Assembly: GCA_030141605.1 (NCBI GenBank)
Contig: JAQGDQ010000998.1
Coordinates: forward strand, 7,494-71,493
From: Tubiluchus corallicola
Lineage: Eukaryota > Animalia > Priapulida
Length of the DNA stretch: 64,000 nucleotides
Direction: 5' to 3'
Shown here: piece by piece, positions 12,286 through 43,583 of the stretch
How the letters are laid out: every line of letters starts with the position of its first letter
How positions within the stretch are numbered: the first letter of the stretch is position 1
Notes under the pieces: model-generated
What the model saw: the letters and a program-made list of their open reading frames with translations, nothing else
Databases searched by the model: none
Told to the model about the DNA's origin: nothing
Position numbers and translations under genes: made by a program

Positions 12286-14353
12286 TGATTAGAGATTTCC
12301 AATTGTCATAATGAAAATATGGCATCAAAACGTAATCTGTTATAGGACGCAAGTTTCTCATTATTAAGCAAAAAGCGAGATTTAATCACTATTTGCAGCA
12401 GCCGCTGTGGTAGAGGCAGCATCAGGGGCAGCAGCCGCAATAACAGCAAAATCAGCATCAATAGTAGCAGTCAGCACAGCAGCAACGGCGGCAACAGCAA
12501 CAGCATTTTAGAGCAATTAAGGTAAGCTTAAAACTGGATTGCCACCTGTGGGCTTCCTGACAAATTTCTGCTAACATAACGATCGTTATTTTACACAGCT
12601 CTGCGTCGTAAGCTGACAAAATTAAATTTCGATCAAACAGCATAGCAGTTCAATTTTATTGATACCTGGTTCAGTCATTCTTACACAAATTTCAACAACA
12701 GATGGGTAACTGACTCAACTGCATGTGTTTTGCTACTTCATTTACAAACAGTAAATAATAAATGAAGAATATAAATACAAATAAATTAGATAAAAAAGTA
12801 ATACTAATTAACAGCATGCAGTACCAACATACAGCAAGGTTTGATGGCAAGAATAGTTCAGAAGTAACATGCTTGGCACAACATGCTGGATGCCACATGT
12901 TCAAATTTTGTGAAAGGTTCATTTGTTTTTTCATTTGAGCCCGTGTGCATCGAGATAATGTAATTACTATAGATTTCTTCAGTTTCTAAATACAAGTTCA
13001 AGTTTTTGCTAGACATTATTATTATTATTTATTTTATTTCAGACATTAAAAACATAAAACAAAATAGAAAAACGCAGTTAAAACACAGCAAGTTAGTTTA
13101 TAGAAAGATTATTTACAAGTACATGTTAGTTAAAATGGATGTACATAAAATTCTTTGCCAGAGCAGACTTAAAAATATTGGAACGAAAATTGTATCGGTA
13201 TTGTACAGCCGATTACAGACAACAATATTTTGATTCAAAAGCGTACTTCTGAGACTAAATGACAGCTTTTTACGTGTGCACCAAAAACTAGGTACACTGC
13301 AGCTAACATACATTTGGCTTGTACTACAACGACTGGGAAAATTAAAGAGCCTGCTGATGACATTATTACAGATAATGTGCATTCTCTCAATATTACTGGG
13401 GACTATTACAATAAAACTGTAGGTTAATCATTCTCAATTAAGCTCTGCTGGCGCCCAATCATCGTTCATTGTTTTCACACGCCCATACTCGTCTCTGTTC
13501 TTTGGGGACAATAGGGGACATAAGCTGCAACTATTGCCAAATTAAGTTACCCTGCTAAGAAAAATGCTTAACTTTTCATTAGTTCGCCGAGAGAAGCCGT
13601 CATTGTTTCAGATTTTATTACAGATTGTCGATTGTCTGTATTGTCGATTGAAATTTATAGTGATTTTGGTGGAAATATAAAATCTAATTTCGTCTTTATA
13701 TGAAGAAATGCGCAATGCTTACATCTATGAGTTACTGATTTTGTTATTAATGAAATGCAAAAAATGCTAGTTTAACTTATGATTTTGCAAGTTAGATAAA
13801 GACAACCATTTGATCAATTTCAAGAAAGGACAACTTAACCTAATGAGATTAGGCCGATCATATTACCCTGCTTTAAAACCGTCATATGGCGTACCTGAAC
13901 AGAGGTAACGATGAAATTTACACCTTCATATTGAAGTCCGAATTAGCAGTAATCTGTTTTTCTACTTATAAAGGTGGTTAAAAGGTGCCATTGGGACTTA
14001 CGCCTAACTCGGGCAAAATAGTCTGCGGAATAGAACAATCAAATTCACATGATTAGTTGAAATACGAACGACATGTTCAGATTTTCAAAAGTAAAAGAGA
14101 CTTACTTCAATATTTTTTGTTACCCATTTGTCTTAAAACTAGGCTTAACTGACTTAGTTCCTTTATAATAATGACCCGACTAGGCACTCATGTCTATGCA
14201 TTTTGTAGCTCTTTGAAACTTTGCCTCTGTACTCTGCTTAAATTGTAAAGCTAGTCAACGTTTTAATTTCTTGTAAAAATAACTGCTGCCTTGCAAATTC
14301 TGTGTATGTAAAATTGTGTATGAAAAAGCACAATTAGTTTATCTGCTGATTAG

Positions 14354-14726
14354 TAGGGGTGAGCATAGAACGCTCGGATCGAATCGAACAAGTTTTTTTT
14401 AGTTCGATTTCGATTCCAACCTAAAATCATAGATTCAAATAATTCAGCACTTCAACCACATACGTTCTTTATCATTAAACGTTTGAAACATCATGCAATT
14501 AACACAGTTTAGCTATGATTTCTATGCACAATTTTTAAACATTCGGTGATTTTATGGCAGAACAAAATCGAGCAATATGCATGGTCTTTGTAAGATCACT
14601 TTTTACTGATGGTTCGAAAACTTGTTCGCAAATCTTTCAAACTAAATTCGATTTCGAAATACTGAAATTCGGTTCGATTCATAAATCGAAACGAATTCAC
14701 TTTGTGATAGAGAATGCTCACCCCTA
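14354..14726. mobile_element. hAT-family MITE
   Basis: TIRs taggggtgagcat / atgctcaccccta; perfect 8-bp TSD ctgattag (14346-14353 and 14727-14734); subterminal TTCGA/TCGAA motifs at both ends. Confidence 0.9.
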
Positions 14727-17419
14727 CTGATTAGACATAGTTGTTATGTTGTTTACTAAAGAGTTGTTCGACGTAAGCTGATGTGCCCGATAAACGTAAG
14801 CGTGCTTGCGTCACAACGGAGGCGGAACGATAGACCAATAAGCTTGACGTCAATTGGCTGTTGCCTTAATAAACCATTCCGATGTTTACTATCAAGACGT
14901 GTTGGCCAAGATATGACAAAGATATTTCTGGTCATTAATAATTTTAACAGCAGAACCATTTAGAATCGCGTTAGAGCACAAGAGATCAGCGTATCTTTTA
15001 GCCACAGTTTTAAAAATACAATACAAACATTTGTCTTAACAGGATTGTAACAAATATCGTTTTCTAAAGTACAATTTTCTCATATATTGAGCAGATATTG
15101 AACCTGTGGAACAGAGGTAGCAAAAACACAAAAGTCGTCAGCAAACAGAAGTTCATGTAAATTCATGTAAAAAATATGCCGAAAGAATGCCACCTTGTTT
15201 CACGCTATTAGAAACTCTTAGTCATTTATATTATATTATATTAGTTATAATATATTGTTACCTGATTAGAGTAAATAAACTACGAAGACCACATTAATCT
15301 GAAAGTTGGCAACTTGTCTTGTGATGCAGCTTGTCAGGTTTATCCATAAACACAATATGCTTTATAAACCTATGTAAAAGCAAATTATATATAGGTAAGG
15401 TACTTTAGCGGAATCAAAACTCGTTACTGTTTACCAGATAAATGGTTAAGCAGGCGGACATTATTTCTTCTTACTATATATTTATAGTATGTAAATAAGT
15501 GAAACTTTATTTTGGACAACAATCTATAGAACCTTATTACGTGCTTTTAATTGTTGCACTCACAGCATGTTCACAGTCTCACGCACACGCGAAAACATTA
15601 GTGACACTAACATAGTTTATATATATTGCTAGCCCTACAATAATTTTCCCTCGTAAATACAAATAAAACAAAAGTTAAGGGATAACATAATAATTATAAT
15701 TTCCTGTAGAAAACACAATGTTCATGCACGAATAACTTTCTTTGCACAGCACACGCGTACGCGGTGCATGCCGTCGTTTATTACTACTGATTAGTTTTGC
15801 AGCTACATGTACCTGAATCCAGAACCATCGTTTACCGCCTTTCTTTGAACCGTTATTATTCTATACAGCTGCCTGTGTGTTTGTGTGAGGTGGGAAACTC
15901 ATTAGGCATGGTTATAATTACTGTGGCCACCATAAATATAACATGCGGTCGCTTGCACAAATGATCCGATCATCGATTATTATACCTGATATTAACAAGA
16001 TTTACTCTTAGAGGAACTGAATTTTGTCATACATATGCATGTGCAATTTACTACCATGCCAAAAGGGAAGATAATGCAATGAATTACTAATAACCCATGT
16101 CTCGTTTCTAGCAGATAGCTCGTTTTTGCAATATTTTTAAAAAAGGAAGACCGATCCGCTTCTTTTGTTTGAAAATTTGCATAAGGATATAGTATATTTA
16201 GCTGCGCTTACTTGTTTAAAAGACTCAAGTTAGTAGAAAAACAAATTTTTAGAAATTTAAATTATTTGCGCCATTGGCCAAGAAGCCATGACATTTGAGA
16301 AGCAATCTCAGCATGCGTCTGTATCTCAGAATAATGCTAAAAATTTTTGCTCTCTGCCGGTAATTTTTCGCCGAATTTTTGCAAAATGTAAATCCAAAAA
16401 CCAAATTCGTCTCAATTTCTTTGCGGTAAAATGAGATGCAGTAGTTAGCATGCGAATTTAAAAAAAAGGCCAAGCCTGGCGGGAAGTTAGGCTTATTTCA
16501 GTGTTCATGAAAAATGTTAGAAAGTTTCAGCAAATAAAGTGCGATCTGTAAGCACGAAATGTAATTAATAAAATAATTAAATGTAAGTTCATTTTGAACG
16601 CTCATTTATCATCAATGACTTTATCGTTTGAATACTTGTTTCAAGTCATCTTTTGCAGAATATAAAAAATCAGTTTTATATAAATTATGGTAGTCAACCG
16701 ATGTCCATAATCTCATAATTGTAGGTATATGGCTATAAATCATGGTCATTATGGTTTTCTGGAAGGAGGAAATTCAAAACCTCTTTACGTCCTTAGTCTT
16801 CTGTTGTGTAATGTGTAAGTTATGCTTAACGTGAAAACAAAGTGGGATTGAATTGAATTGACAATTGACAGTGCTTAAAAACATTGTCGCGTTAATTCTG
16901 TCTGCCTGTAAATTTAGTTCAGTTCTGAGATGCAGTACGCGAAGATCAGGGTATACTTCTTAAGACGAGGGCCTTAGTGACAATCATATAAACAAATTCT
17001 GCCTCGTTGCCGGTTTATATTTCCAACGCCTTGACGAATTGGCGTTACCTTAATTAGAAGGCAAGATTACCTTATTATCTTCCCGAGCGAAAATCGTGAA
17101 AATCCCAAGTAATGGCGGCATTTTGATGATTTTGCGGTGTTGTGTTTCAATGACTCCATTCCGTGCGCCTTTAGCTCTGTTAGAGATGCCAGTGTTCCCT
17201 AATGGCATCCTGTATTATTGCTTCTCTCTCTCCCCAGATGAGCAGCTGTGTTGAAGCGGAGTTACATGTTTGCGGCAAACCCTCGAGGTTACGTACGAGC
17301 GACAGACAGTATAATTATACATCTCTAGAACATGTCCTTAAAAGGAAGCATTGTGGTTGGTGAATAAAGACAGTGGCGAGTATGAACATAGAAAACTTAT
17401 GATTCTTGCATATTCTCCT

Positions 17420-17636
<217 letters not shown>

Positions 17637-18167
17637 CATACATAGTAGTATAGTAGTCCTTGATATATATATATATAATCAATATGCTGACAAAAGGTGA
17701 TTTGAATTTTTCACAGTTTCAGACTACAGAGAATTTCTATTTCACGAGGCCTCGTTGCCGGTTTATATTTCCAACGCCTTGACGAATTGGCGTTACCTTA
17801 ATTAGAAGGCAAGATTACCTTATTATCTTCCCGAGCGAAAATCGTGAAAATCCCAAGTAATGGCGGCATTTTGATGATTTTGCGGTGTTGTGTTTCAATG
17901 ACTCCATTCCGTGCGCCTTTAGCTCTGTTAGAGATGCCAGTGTTCCCTAATGGCATCCTGTATTATTGCTTCTCTCTCTCCCCAGATGAGCAGCTGTGTT
18001 GAAGCGGAGTTACATGTTTGCGGCAAACCCTCGAGGTTACGTACGAGCGACAGACAGTATAATTATACATCTCTAGAACATGTCCTTAAAAGGAAGCATT
18101 GTGGTTGGTGAATAAAGACAGTGGCGAGTATGAACATAGAAAACTTATGATTCTTGCATATTCTCCT

Positions 18168-18368
<201 letters not shown>

Positions 18369-21300
18369 CATACATAGTAGTATAGTAGTCCTTGATATAT
18401 ATATATATAATCAATATGCTGACAAAAGGTGATTTGAATTTTTCACAGTTTCAGACTACAGAGAATTTCTATTTCACGAGGCCATGAGCCTACATTATGT
18501 CCTGTAAAGAATCGCAGTTTGATTTAAATTTTTAATTTTAATACAGCATCATGCGTGACGTTATTGCAAATTTTGAATATATAATTTTCTGGCTTACTTA
18601 GCATGATTTTAATGAAAATATTGGGGTTTTAAAAAATATGTTTTCGACTTAATGATGTTACCACCTACAGTATGTTTCTTTCTCTGATTGACACACATTT
18701 AACAAAAACCAAGATCCTTCTGTGGCACTACAAAATACAGTTTATTTCCTCATATGTATCACGTATGATGTGATCTTTTTTCTCTCGGAAGAAGGAGGTT
18801 CGAATTCCGAACAGCGGATTTCTCTACTCGTAAATCTTCAGTCGTCTCAAGTTTGCAATAAACAGAAATAAACTGAACTATGATGCTGGAAAATATCATT
18901 ACCTTACTAAATTTAGTGCTACTTCAGAATGACTTTGGCTTTAAGATTATAGCTAAGAGAAGATCAAAGACGATTTTCGCTACTTCTACCTGTAATCTCA
19001 ATTTTTTGTCGACTGCACCCCCCCCCCCCCCCACCGCACAGAAAATATATAGCTTAGTCTATTTACTCCGCTCATATACAGATTATTCTTTATGATCTAA
19101 AGATTTTCTTAAGCGGATGAAATTTCTCCCGTTTGCAATCTAAACGAAATTATTGTAATTCTCCGAACAAGACCTATCCAGCTTCGCGTGAGTGGAATAA
19201 AAAAAGTTCGATTTCATGAAAAATCATAAATTGCATAATGATAATAATAAATATTTTGCTAAGACTTCGATTTTGACTTCGTACCGAACACGTCGTGTAC
19301 AAAGAAAATTTTGCTTAAATAACTAATGTTTCTTTACACACCATTATTATAGGCCTAAAGCAATTTAAGTAAAACACACCCGACATTGCCAGCCAACAGA
19401 TTTAAAGGAGAAGTGAAAGAAATTTTAACGCACATCCCAAAGACTTTCCGTGCAAAGATGTATTACTTAGCATTACGCTTGCCAGTTTGAAAGACTTATA
19501 TAACTGGAAAAGAAAATTCATAATAATTTAAAATATTTGTGCCACCACCTGGTAAAACACCACAGCATGGCCATCCCAGTGTGCACCACTGGTTCACATA
19601 AAACACGTTATTGATCTTATTGACAAAATAAAGTAATTTACAATTTTGCTTAGTTAGCAAAGAGTGTGCTATGATTACTTTGATTAAACTTTACTTGTTT
19701 CAAACGACTTCCCGTTAAAATGGTTGCGCGTAATGGTCGTCGCGGGAGAATTGAAATTACAAGTTTTATGCTGCGTTACCGTTACACACAAAGCTCTGTA
19801 AATGCAATAAGACAACAGCGATATAAAATTTCAAGACGAATTTTTAAGCTTTATTTATAAAGAGTGTTTTCTTCAGAGTGAGTCCAGGCAACTGGGTCGA
19901 GTAGTGTGGTGTGTACTGTGTAAGGCTACAATAGCCAACGCACGCAATAAATGCAAATTATACCTACTTAATAAGGTTTATGACATGCTGCACTCGTATA
20001 GGTCTAATGAGGTATCTTCATGGAAACGGTATAAAAGGTCTATGCATAGCACTGCACAGCATACTGAAGTAAATAACAGCATGTTCAGGTGCAACAGTAC
20101 AATATGTATACTCAGGTAAAGGGGTATAATAGGCCAATGCATAATTAATAATATGCGTGCAGGTCTAAAGCTTTTGTAGCGGTAAAGCAATTTGAAATTG
20201 ACCAAAGCGGCAGCAATAAAGCTTTAGTTGAGTAAGGATGTCTATACATCTGTTTTTACATAACGACCTTTGCACACTTTCCTTATAGTGTGTCCATGTA
20301 TGACGATCAATGTACAAAAAAATGATGATTCAACGTTTCAAATACTGCAGCTTGAAGCCAAGTGAATAGATTTCATTTCACTACTCTACAGTAAACTTGA
20401 ATAAAGGTCTATTGATCTGAGCAGTAACGGGAGTAACTATGGAACTACTTAAACCCGGTAAATAGTTCTTAAGCGAAGCAGTTGAGGACCGGAAATAAGG
20501 CACAGTCAAGAAGTGTCCAATTTTTGCGCTGAAAATCTTTTTAGTAAGATTTCGATGGTTCCCAATTTGTTAGAAACGAATTGGATATATATATGCAAAA
20601 ATACTCAACAGTTTTCTGTGATGTAAGATCCACAAAGAATCAGTGAAAAAATGGTCGGTTAGCTAGCTGATTGACAGTTTGAGTGTGGTCCAGTGAAAGA
20701 CTCACTGCAGAAAAATTCCCACGGAAATTTGTAACTTGCGTCATTACAACAACTTTGTTTGTTTGTTTGTAGTTTGCCCACTCGCCTTATAATGCAGCCA
20801 GTATATATATTTTATTATTATAATTTCATTACAGATAAGCTAAGCGTGTGTGACCACATTATTTAATACAAAATTTTTACAAATTAGTGCGCCAACAATG
20901 TTAACTGCTTGAAAGACTTACAAAAAACGAATCACGTAAAATAAGTTTTGTTAATTTACGATTCTTTTTTAAATAAATTTTATTGATCAAGTCACAACCA
21001 CAATCGTGTGCAACTCTCTACGAAAAAAATTCGTATAAGTGAGCTTATGCTTTCATTTTCCTAAAATTTTGTTAACGTTTAATTGTTTCAGATTTCAGAG
21101 CCAAAAAGAGGCTGATCGACAACACTGAATTGACTGGAACTCAAGTAAACTGTAGTGGTATCAAGGCACGCCGTTTACACGTCTCAGCTGGTATCAAAGA
21201 ACGCCACAACAACTTACGTGTTTCCTGTTTGACATACTAGTGCTAATAACTAATTTGTTGTTCTGTGGTACTGCTTCGTGTATACGTTTTAGCGGTGTGC

Positions 21301-21581
21301 CATTAGTGACTATTACATAACATTTACATTTATCAAAATTACCTGTGCTGTATTTAATGGTAATCAATTTTCTGTGCATTGCGGGCTTACGTGTGGGTTA
21401 AAGCACAATGCTGCATCAAGTGCTACTATTGACAAACCAAGGAATAATAATAATCCCGATACATAACACATGCACTTTTTCCTGAATAGGAATAATTAAA
21501 GAAATTTTTTTCAACTATAACATGAGCTGATAATGAGCTGCATTCATTTGGAATATTTTTTTTAAGTTTTCGATTGTCACT

Positions 21582-38317
<16,736 letters not shown>

Positions 38318-38438
38318 AGGATTATTACTTGTTCAGACCCTGGTTTTTAATTTATGCACAATGTGTATTAAACTTCAACACGGATATACTTTATGCAAAG
38401 AAAAAGAACAGTGTATAGTTAGGAAACCTCACCTAAAT

Positions 38439-38811
38439 AAGCCTTTTCACAGTTTTGTTGTGTGCACATGTAGTTGGTTTAGGTCAAAGGTTAAGTGCAC
38501 CACAGCAACGTGTTTTAGCTACAATCGTCACGCGATGCGTGTGTAAAGTAAAGCCGTCTGCCACTTCAGTTGTTTTAGTGGACTTTACTTAATCATACAT
38601 TAATCTGTGCATAGAGTGATTTACTAGTAGGATCTTGCTTGGGAACAAGAAAAAGTGAACTAGGTAAAGTTGTAGCTAGCTGTTAAACCGGTTACTATTA
38701 CAACAGCATGCACTTGAGGCATTGTCAAGTGTACAGGAATGTGTTCTCTGGTACACTTAACCTGTGTCCTTTTCACGATACGCATCAATCGCTGGAACTG
38801 TGAAAAGGTTT
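38439..38811. mobile_element. Same MITE family, copy 2, inverted relative to copy 1, in the ANKRD63 3'UTR
   Basis: TIRs aagccttttcacagtt / aactgtgaaaaggttt. The interior is the reverse complement of copy 1 (e.g. ttagctacaatcgtcacg vs cgtgacgattgtagctaa; tagagtgatttacta vs tagtaaatcactcta; tcaatcgctggaactgtgaaaagg vs ccttttcacagttccagcgattga). Confidence 0.8.
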
Positions 38812-40795
38812 ATTGTGTTATTGTTCGTAAAAAAGAAAAAAGAAAAATCAATGCAAACGCCTTTTAAGAGGCTTTTGTAAGACGGTATAGCAACTGTTGT
38901 TGCATACATGGAAGAATCTATTCAACAGAGTATGGCACAGTTTAATAATTATAATTTATTGTAAATTCAGTATTACTTGTTGTCATTGTTGGTTCTTGAT
39001 TAGTGAAGTATGTTTAAAGTGTTTACAAACTTTTGTTTCGTGACAATAGTAAGTAGGCTTTACATTGAAATCAGGTAATAAGCATATTTAACAAGCTGTG
39101 CGCACACCTGGTTTTTCCACAGTGAACGCTAAATTTTCATTTTTCGAGATGCCATTACAAAAGTATTTATTGTTTTGCAAGTAGTAAAAACGTTTTCTAG
39201 AAATTAAGAACGTGTACTCAAACAACTCTTTCAAATAGTTTTAAGTTAAAGATTTGTTTCTAGATATAGACTATCTTGGCTAATAGGGCCTGACGCTATT
39301 TGTGGAAGAGTGAATCTTTACGTTTTACTTCACAAAATTTACGAAACTTATCATTAAAACTTCTTACTACATCTTGTCAAAAGTATAAAAAATATGTTGG
39401 TAATAATAGGTCTTCATGTGCTTATTATTAACAACATGGCTGTTAATAATGTGTGTGAGTGGTTTTTGTTATTTGTGAGACGGCTTGTGGTTTAGAGTAT
39501 TATGACCCTCTTGCGACAAATTCACACCTACTCTCACGTTTAGAATAATCATGTAATTGAATGCGTGTATATATTATAAGCGACAGCTTATTACTATTCT
39601 GAAGTCACTATAAATGTCTGTTTTGACTTAGCTTGTTAATGTTCAAATATATGTTAATGTTCAAGCCTGAGTTTGTTATGAAAACATTCGGTGGTCAGAA
39701 GTTATGCTTATTAGTCTGCTCTTACCACATTTCTATTATGCTCTAATTCAGACACCGTTGCATTTTTTTGCAATAAATGTACTTGTACTAGCAAGCATTT
39801 AATACGAAGCTATCGTGTTGTACACGTACACGTACAGTTATTGAAAGACAGAAATGTAAGTTTAAATATTAATCATAAATAAATATTAAGGATTTTATTA
39901 GTTATTTAAATCTTGAAGGAATTTTTCTTTCATATTTATTGGCTGTACAAAGGCCAAGGTGAGCTGCACGGCTGAGTGGCAACGGCAGCGTTTTGGCTAC
40001 GAATTAAGGTGTGGCACCTTGTCAGTGAGTGAATGGGTGAACCACTTCGATTCTCGTTTTGGGAAGCTTCATTCGCCGTGCTGATTTGTGATGTTTACCT
40101 CGTAAATTGAGTATGCATACACACATCCAAACGTGGCTGAGTTACAGTTACTCATCTTAGAGGCACAGTTTGGTAATGAGCCAGGTTCCAATCTCGTCAC
40201 AACCATCTAATTTGAGTGGAACCTGCCATTGTGTACTGGATTCTGGCTTGCAGGATTCCAAACTGTATAAAAAACACAGAAGAGAGACAACCTTCTACGT
40301 TGATCAATATATGAATTTATTTAAAATTTTGGGCATTTCATAACAATACATAGCTCATACATTCTCTGTCAATTAACTTATGAAAAACATTAAAATTGCT
40401 GAAAATTTTAGTATTTATAAACTCGCACTTTGAAGACCTTTATCTTCACCATTTCCGAAATTAACTGACATTGACATTAACACGTTATTGTCAATTAAGA
40501 TATGTTCCAAAATTAACTCATTATTAATACAGTACAATTTACTCACAACAGTCGAGACTAAGAAATAGGTTAACAACTGCCGCCAACTACCAAACCATTA
40601 TTTATACCTCTTACCCAAAATAAGTTACATGGTTAAAATGTAATCTAGGGCGAGAAAAAATAGCTGAGTGGTTGAATGTGTTTAGCAGCAACACTGAGTT
40701 TGTTCAGTACATAGATGGGCGACTGCCAGGAAGGCCGCTTCTGATCATTTTCATTTGCCACGATAGGGAGGATATATACGTTGCAATTAAAGTAA

Positions 40796-41112
40796 GGTCA
40801 ATTTGCTGACTTGCCCCTAAAAAATTGCGAGAAAACGTTTTTTATTGTTTTCTTGTAGTGTCTGACAACTACAGTATATAAGGTAAGTATGAGCAAAAAG
40901 GCCTACTTATAGGCCTCGCCCTGTCGATCTACGCCTCTACGGTAATCTGGTCCAGAGATTAACATATCCCAATTAGACCGAAATTTGAGCACTGCAGCGG
41001 GCCTAATTATGACGTCAAAAAGATGGCCGCCATTTAACCAAAATGAATGGGTATTTAGTCTACCATAATGGTGAAAAAATGCTCATTTTGACTCAAAAGC
41101 ATGAAACTTGTA
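40796..41112. mobile_element. Partial copy of the 28372-28725 MITE, with an 85-bp insertion
   Basis: Colinear with 28372-28590 apart from extra sequence 40865-40949, which is bounded by a tctg repeat. Confidence 0.7.
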
Positions 41113-41611
41113 CGATATGAGATACCAAGTGTACTGTTGTGTACAAAAATGTAGAGAATTCATACGCCATGCCGTGTTTGCACTATGGTTTATCCGTTGC
41201 ACTATGCATTGCGAAAACGATCAACAGAAACTAATTTTCTTACTGGTGTAGCAACTACACATGATATGGTACTACCCAATTCTGGTCCAACGTTCAACAG
41301 TGTTACTGCAAGATACTGTCAAATCTTTGGAACTAAATTGATAAAGATATACAAGTACTTCCTTGCCAAAATCTGACCAGAAAACAAAACTGGTTCAAAA
41401 ATGTTTGAAACTGTTCCAAACTCAAACGCAACTTTAGTATTTTGTATAATTTAATATTTATCCTTTGACATATGAGGATATTAATACAACTACTATTAAT
41501 AGGTTTACTTAAATGATAATACTTTTCAGATCCAAAGCCGAGAAATGTTAAATTGAAATGCTGCATTTATGAACAATTTTCTTTCATTATTGTACCATAG
41601 TAAAAATAACA

Positions 41612-42830
41612 AAGATAGATTAGGTTAGATAGTTTATTTTGACAACACATCACGTATTTTCAGAATATAAAACATCTTAATCCATAACATTCAAAAGCAA
41701 TGAATGATGTGGGGAGAAGGGAGGAGCCCAGCTTTCGAGCCCTTCACCCAAGTGTGGAGCTACACGTATCGTTCATAACATTAATGCAATTTAAAGGATT
41801 ATATGTATAAGCTTACATGAATACACAAAGCATACAAGTAACAAAATCAATTATTCATGTGAAAATAGACCTTTACAGTGACTTTAAATTAGTTTTTACG
41901 TAAGTCAAGGCATCAAAATCAAAACAGACATTAACAGTAACTTTAGTATAGTAATAAGCTAAGTCAAAAGCATACATTAACAGTGTCTTCAGACTAGTAA
42001 TAAGCTAAATCAATGCAGACGTTTACAGTGAGTTCAGAATAGTAATAAGTAAGTCAAACAGATCTTCACAGTGACATCAGAATAGTAATAGGCTATGTAA
42101 CTGCACTTGGAGAAGACAACATTAGATGGACCAAGAATCGAGCAGAGAATTTTCAGCAAAGAAACAAATTTGCTTACAATGCAATTTAATTTATAATGTA
42201 TATCTAGACATGAGGTATTACTTAACGTATTTTTTATAGTGATTAAAGCTAGAAAGCGTAAGTTCATTAGAAATATTTGTCCATAGTTTAATACAATTAT
42301 ACTTAGCAGCATGTTGGAAATAATTGGTATTGTGTTGAGGCATATAATAGTTGCTAGCTGTATGTCTTGTCTGATAAATATGTGCATTCAAGACTAGACT
42401 AAAAATCATTAAATACCAGAGGTAATAAGTTATGATGATATTTATATATAAATAAAAGACAATAAAGGCCATAAAGTTCTTTATTTTGAAGGATTTGGCA
42501 GTTTTGTATGTACGATTAGCATTATGATCATATGGGGAAAATGAATCAACTTCAGGATTTTTTGTTTTGTGTTATCTGAAGATCATTAAGATTAGACTTG
42601 TAGGACACACCCCAATCCTCTATCCTCTGTACCTGTTAAGTACGGGTAAACTAAACTGTAATATAATGTCACTAGCGTTTTAGTACAAGTTCCTTAGTTT
42701 GCATACAATGCCTATAGTTTTATTTATTTTATGTTTTACATTGATAATATGTGATTTCCATGATAAATGTTGGTCAACATATATTCCAAGGTACTTGACA
42801 TTTTCTTTTCATTGGATTTTTAAATCGTTC
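41612..42830 (-). mobile_element. Degenerate CR1-group LINE 3' portion (RT C-terminus, 3'UTR, simple-repeat tail)
   Basis: Minus strand, frameshifted: VKYLGIYVDQHLSWKSHIINVKHKINKTIGIVCKLR...YSLVYPYL...FIYKYHHNLLPLVFNDF...HIYQTRH...KYNCIKLWTNIS. AATAAA plus a (CTAT/CTAA) tail at ~41612-41640. Confidence 0.8.
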
Positions 42831-43583
42831 GATAATCATCAGTCGAAACGGTTTGTAAAAAAGCTACAGTTGTCAAAAATAAAATTCTATATTTTCTTCA
42901 TAAAATTTCGAGTTTTGTTGCAAAATTTTCATTATAGTGCAGAGATACTTATGAAAACACGTTTTTCTTTTCCTCGTGTATTCTGAAACTTAATGCTGAT
43001 TCAACACTGTCTTAATTGACGTGGGAAGATAGAAAGCGTACAAAGATCAATATATTATCAGTACTTGCTATCGATATTGTTAATACACAAATAGTTCTAA
43101 GTATTTGCTAACATATCTAAAGTAAATATTCACAAATGACACTGTGACCTGAATTTGCGCCAACACTGAGCCTCTTCACGCTTATAAGGGTTACCAGAGC
43201 GTTTATTAAAACTGTTTAACTATACTGATCACTTGCGACCAGGATACACTATGGTAATGAAACGACTACACCGAAGCCACATTGGCATGTTTACAGAATA
43301 AACCAGTTGCTCATTGTGCAGGGTGTATATTCATCTGGGTATGTTCCACTACACATTCCAGGTACCAGGAAATGTTCCAGCATGCATTACAAGTACCTGG
43401 GAATGTTTTCGTGTGAGTTACAACCACACGGGAATATTGTAATGGAATGTTCCAAAGTATGTTCCATGTACCTAGAAACTTCCAGTATACGTTCCAAGTA
43501 GCTGGGAATGTTCCAGTACGGGTTCCCAGTAGCGCGTTCGATCATTTGCGGGTATCTCCAGCAAGCCGTCTCAGAAAACAAAG

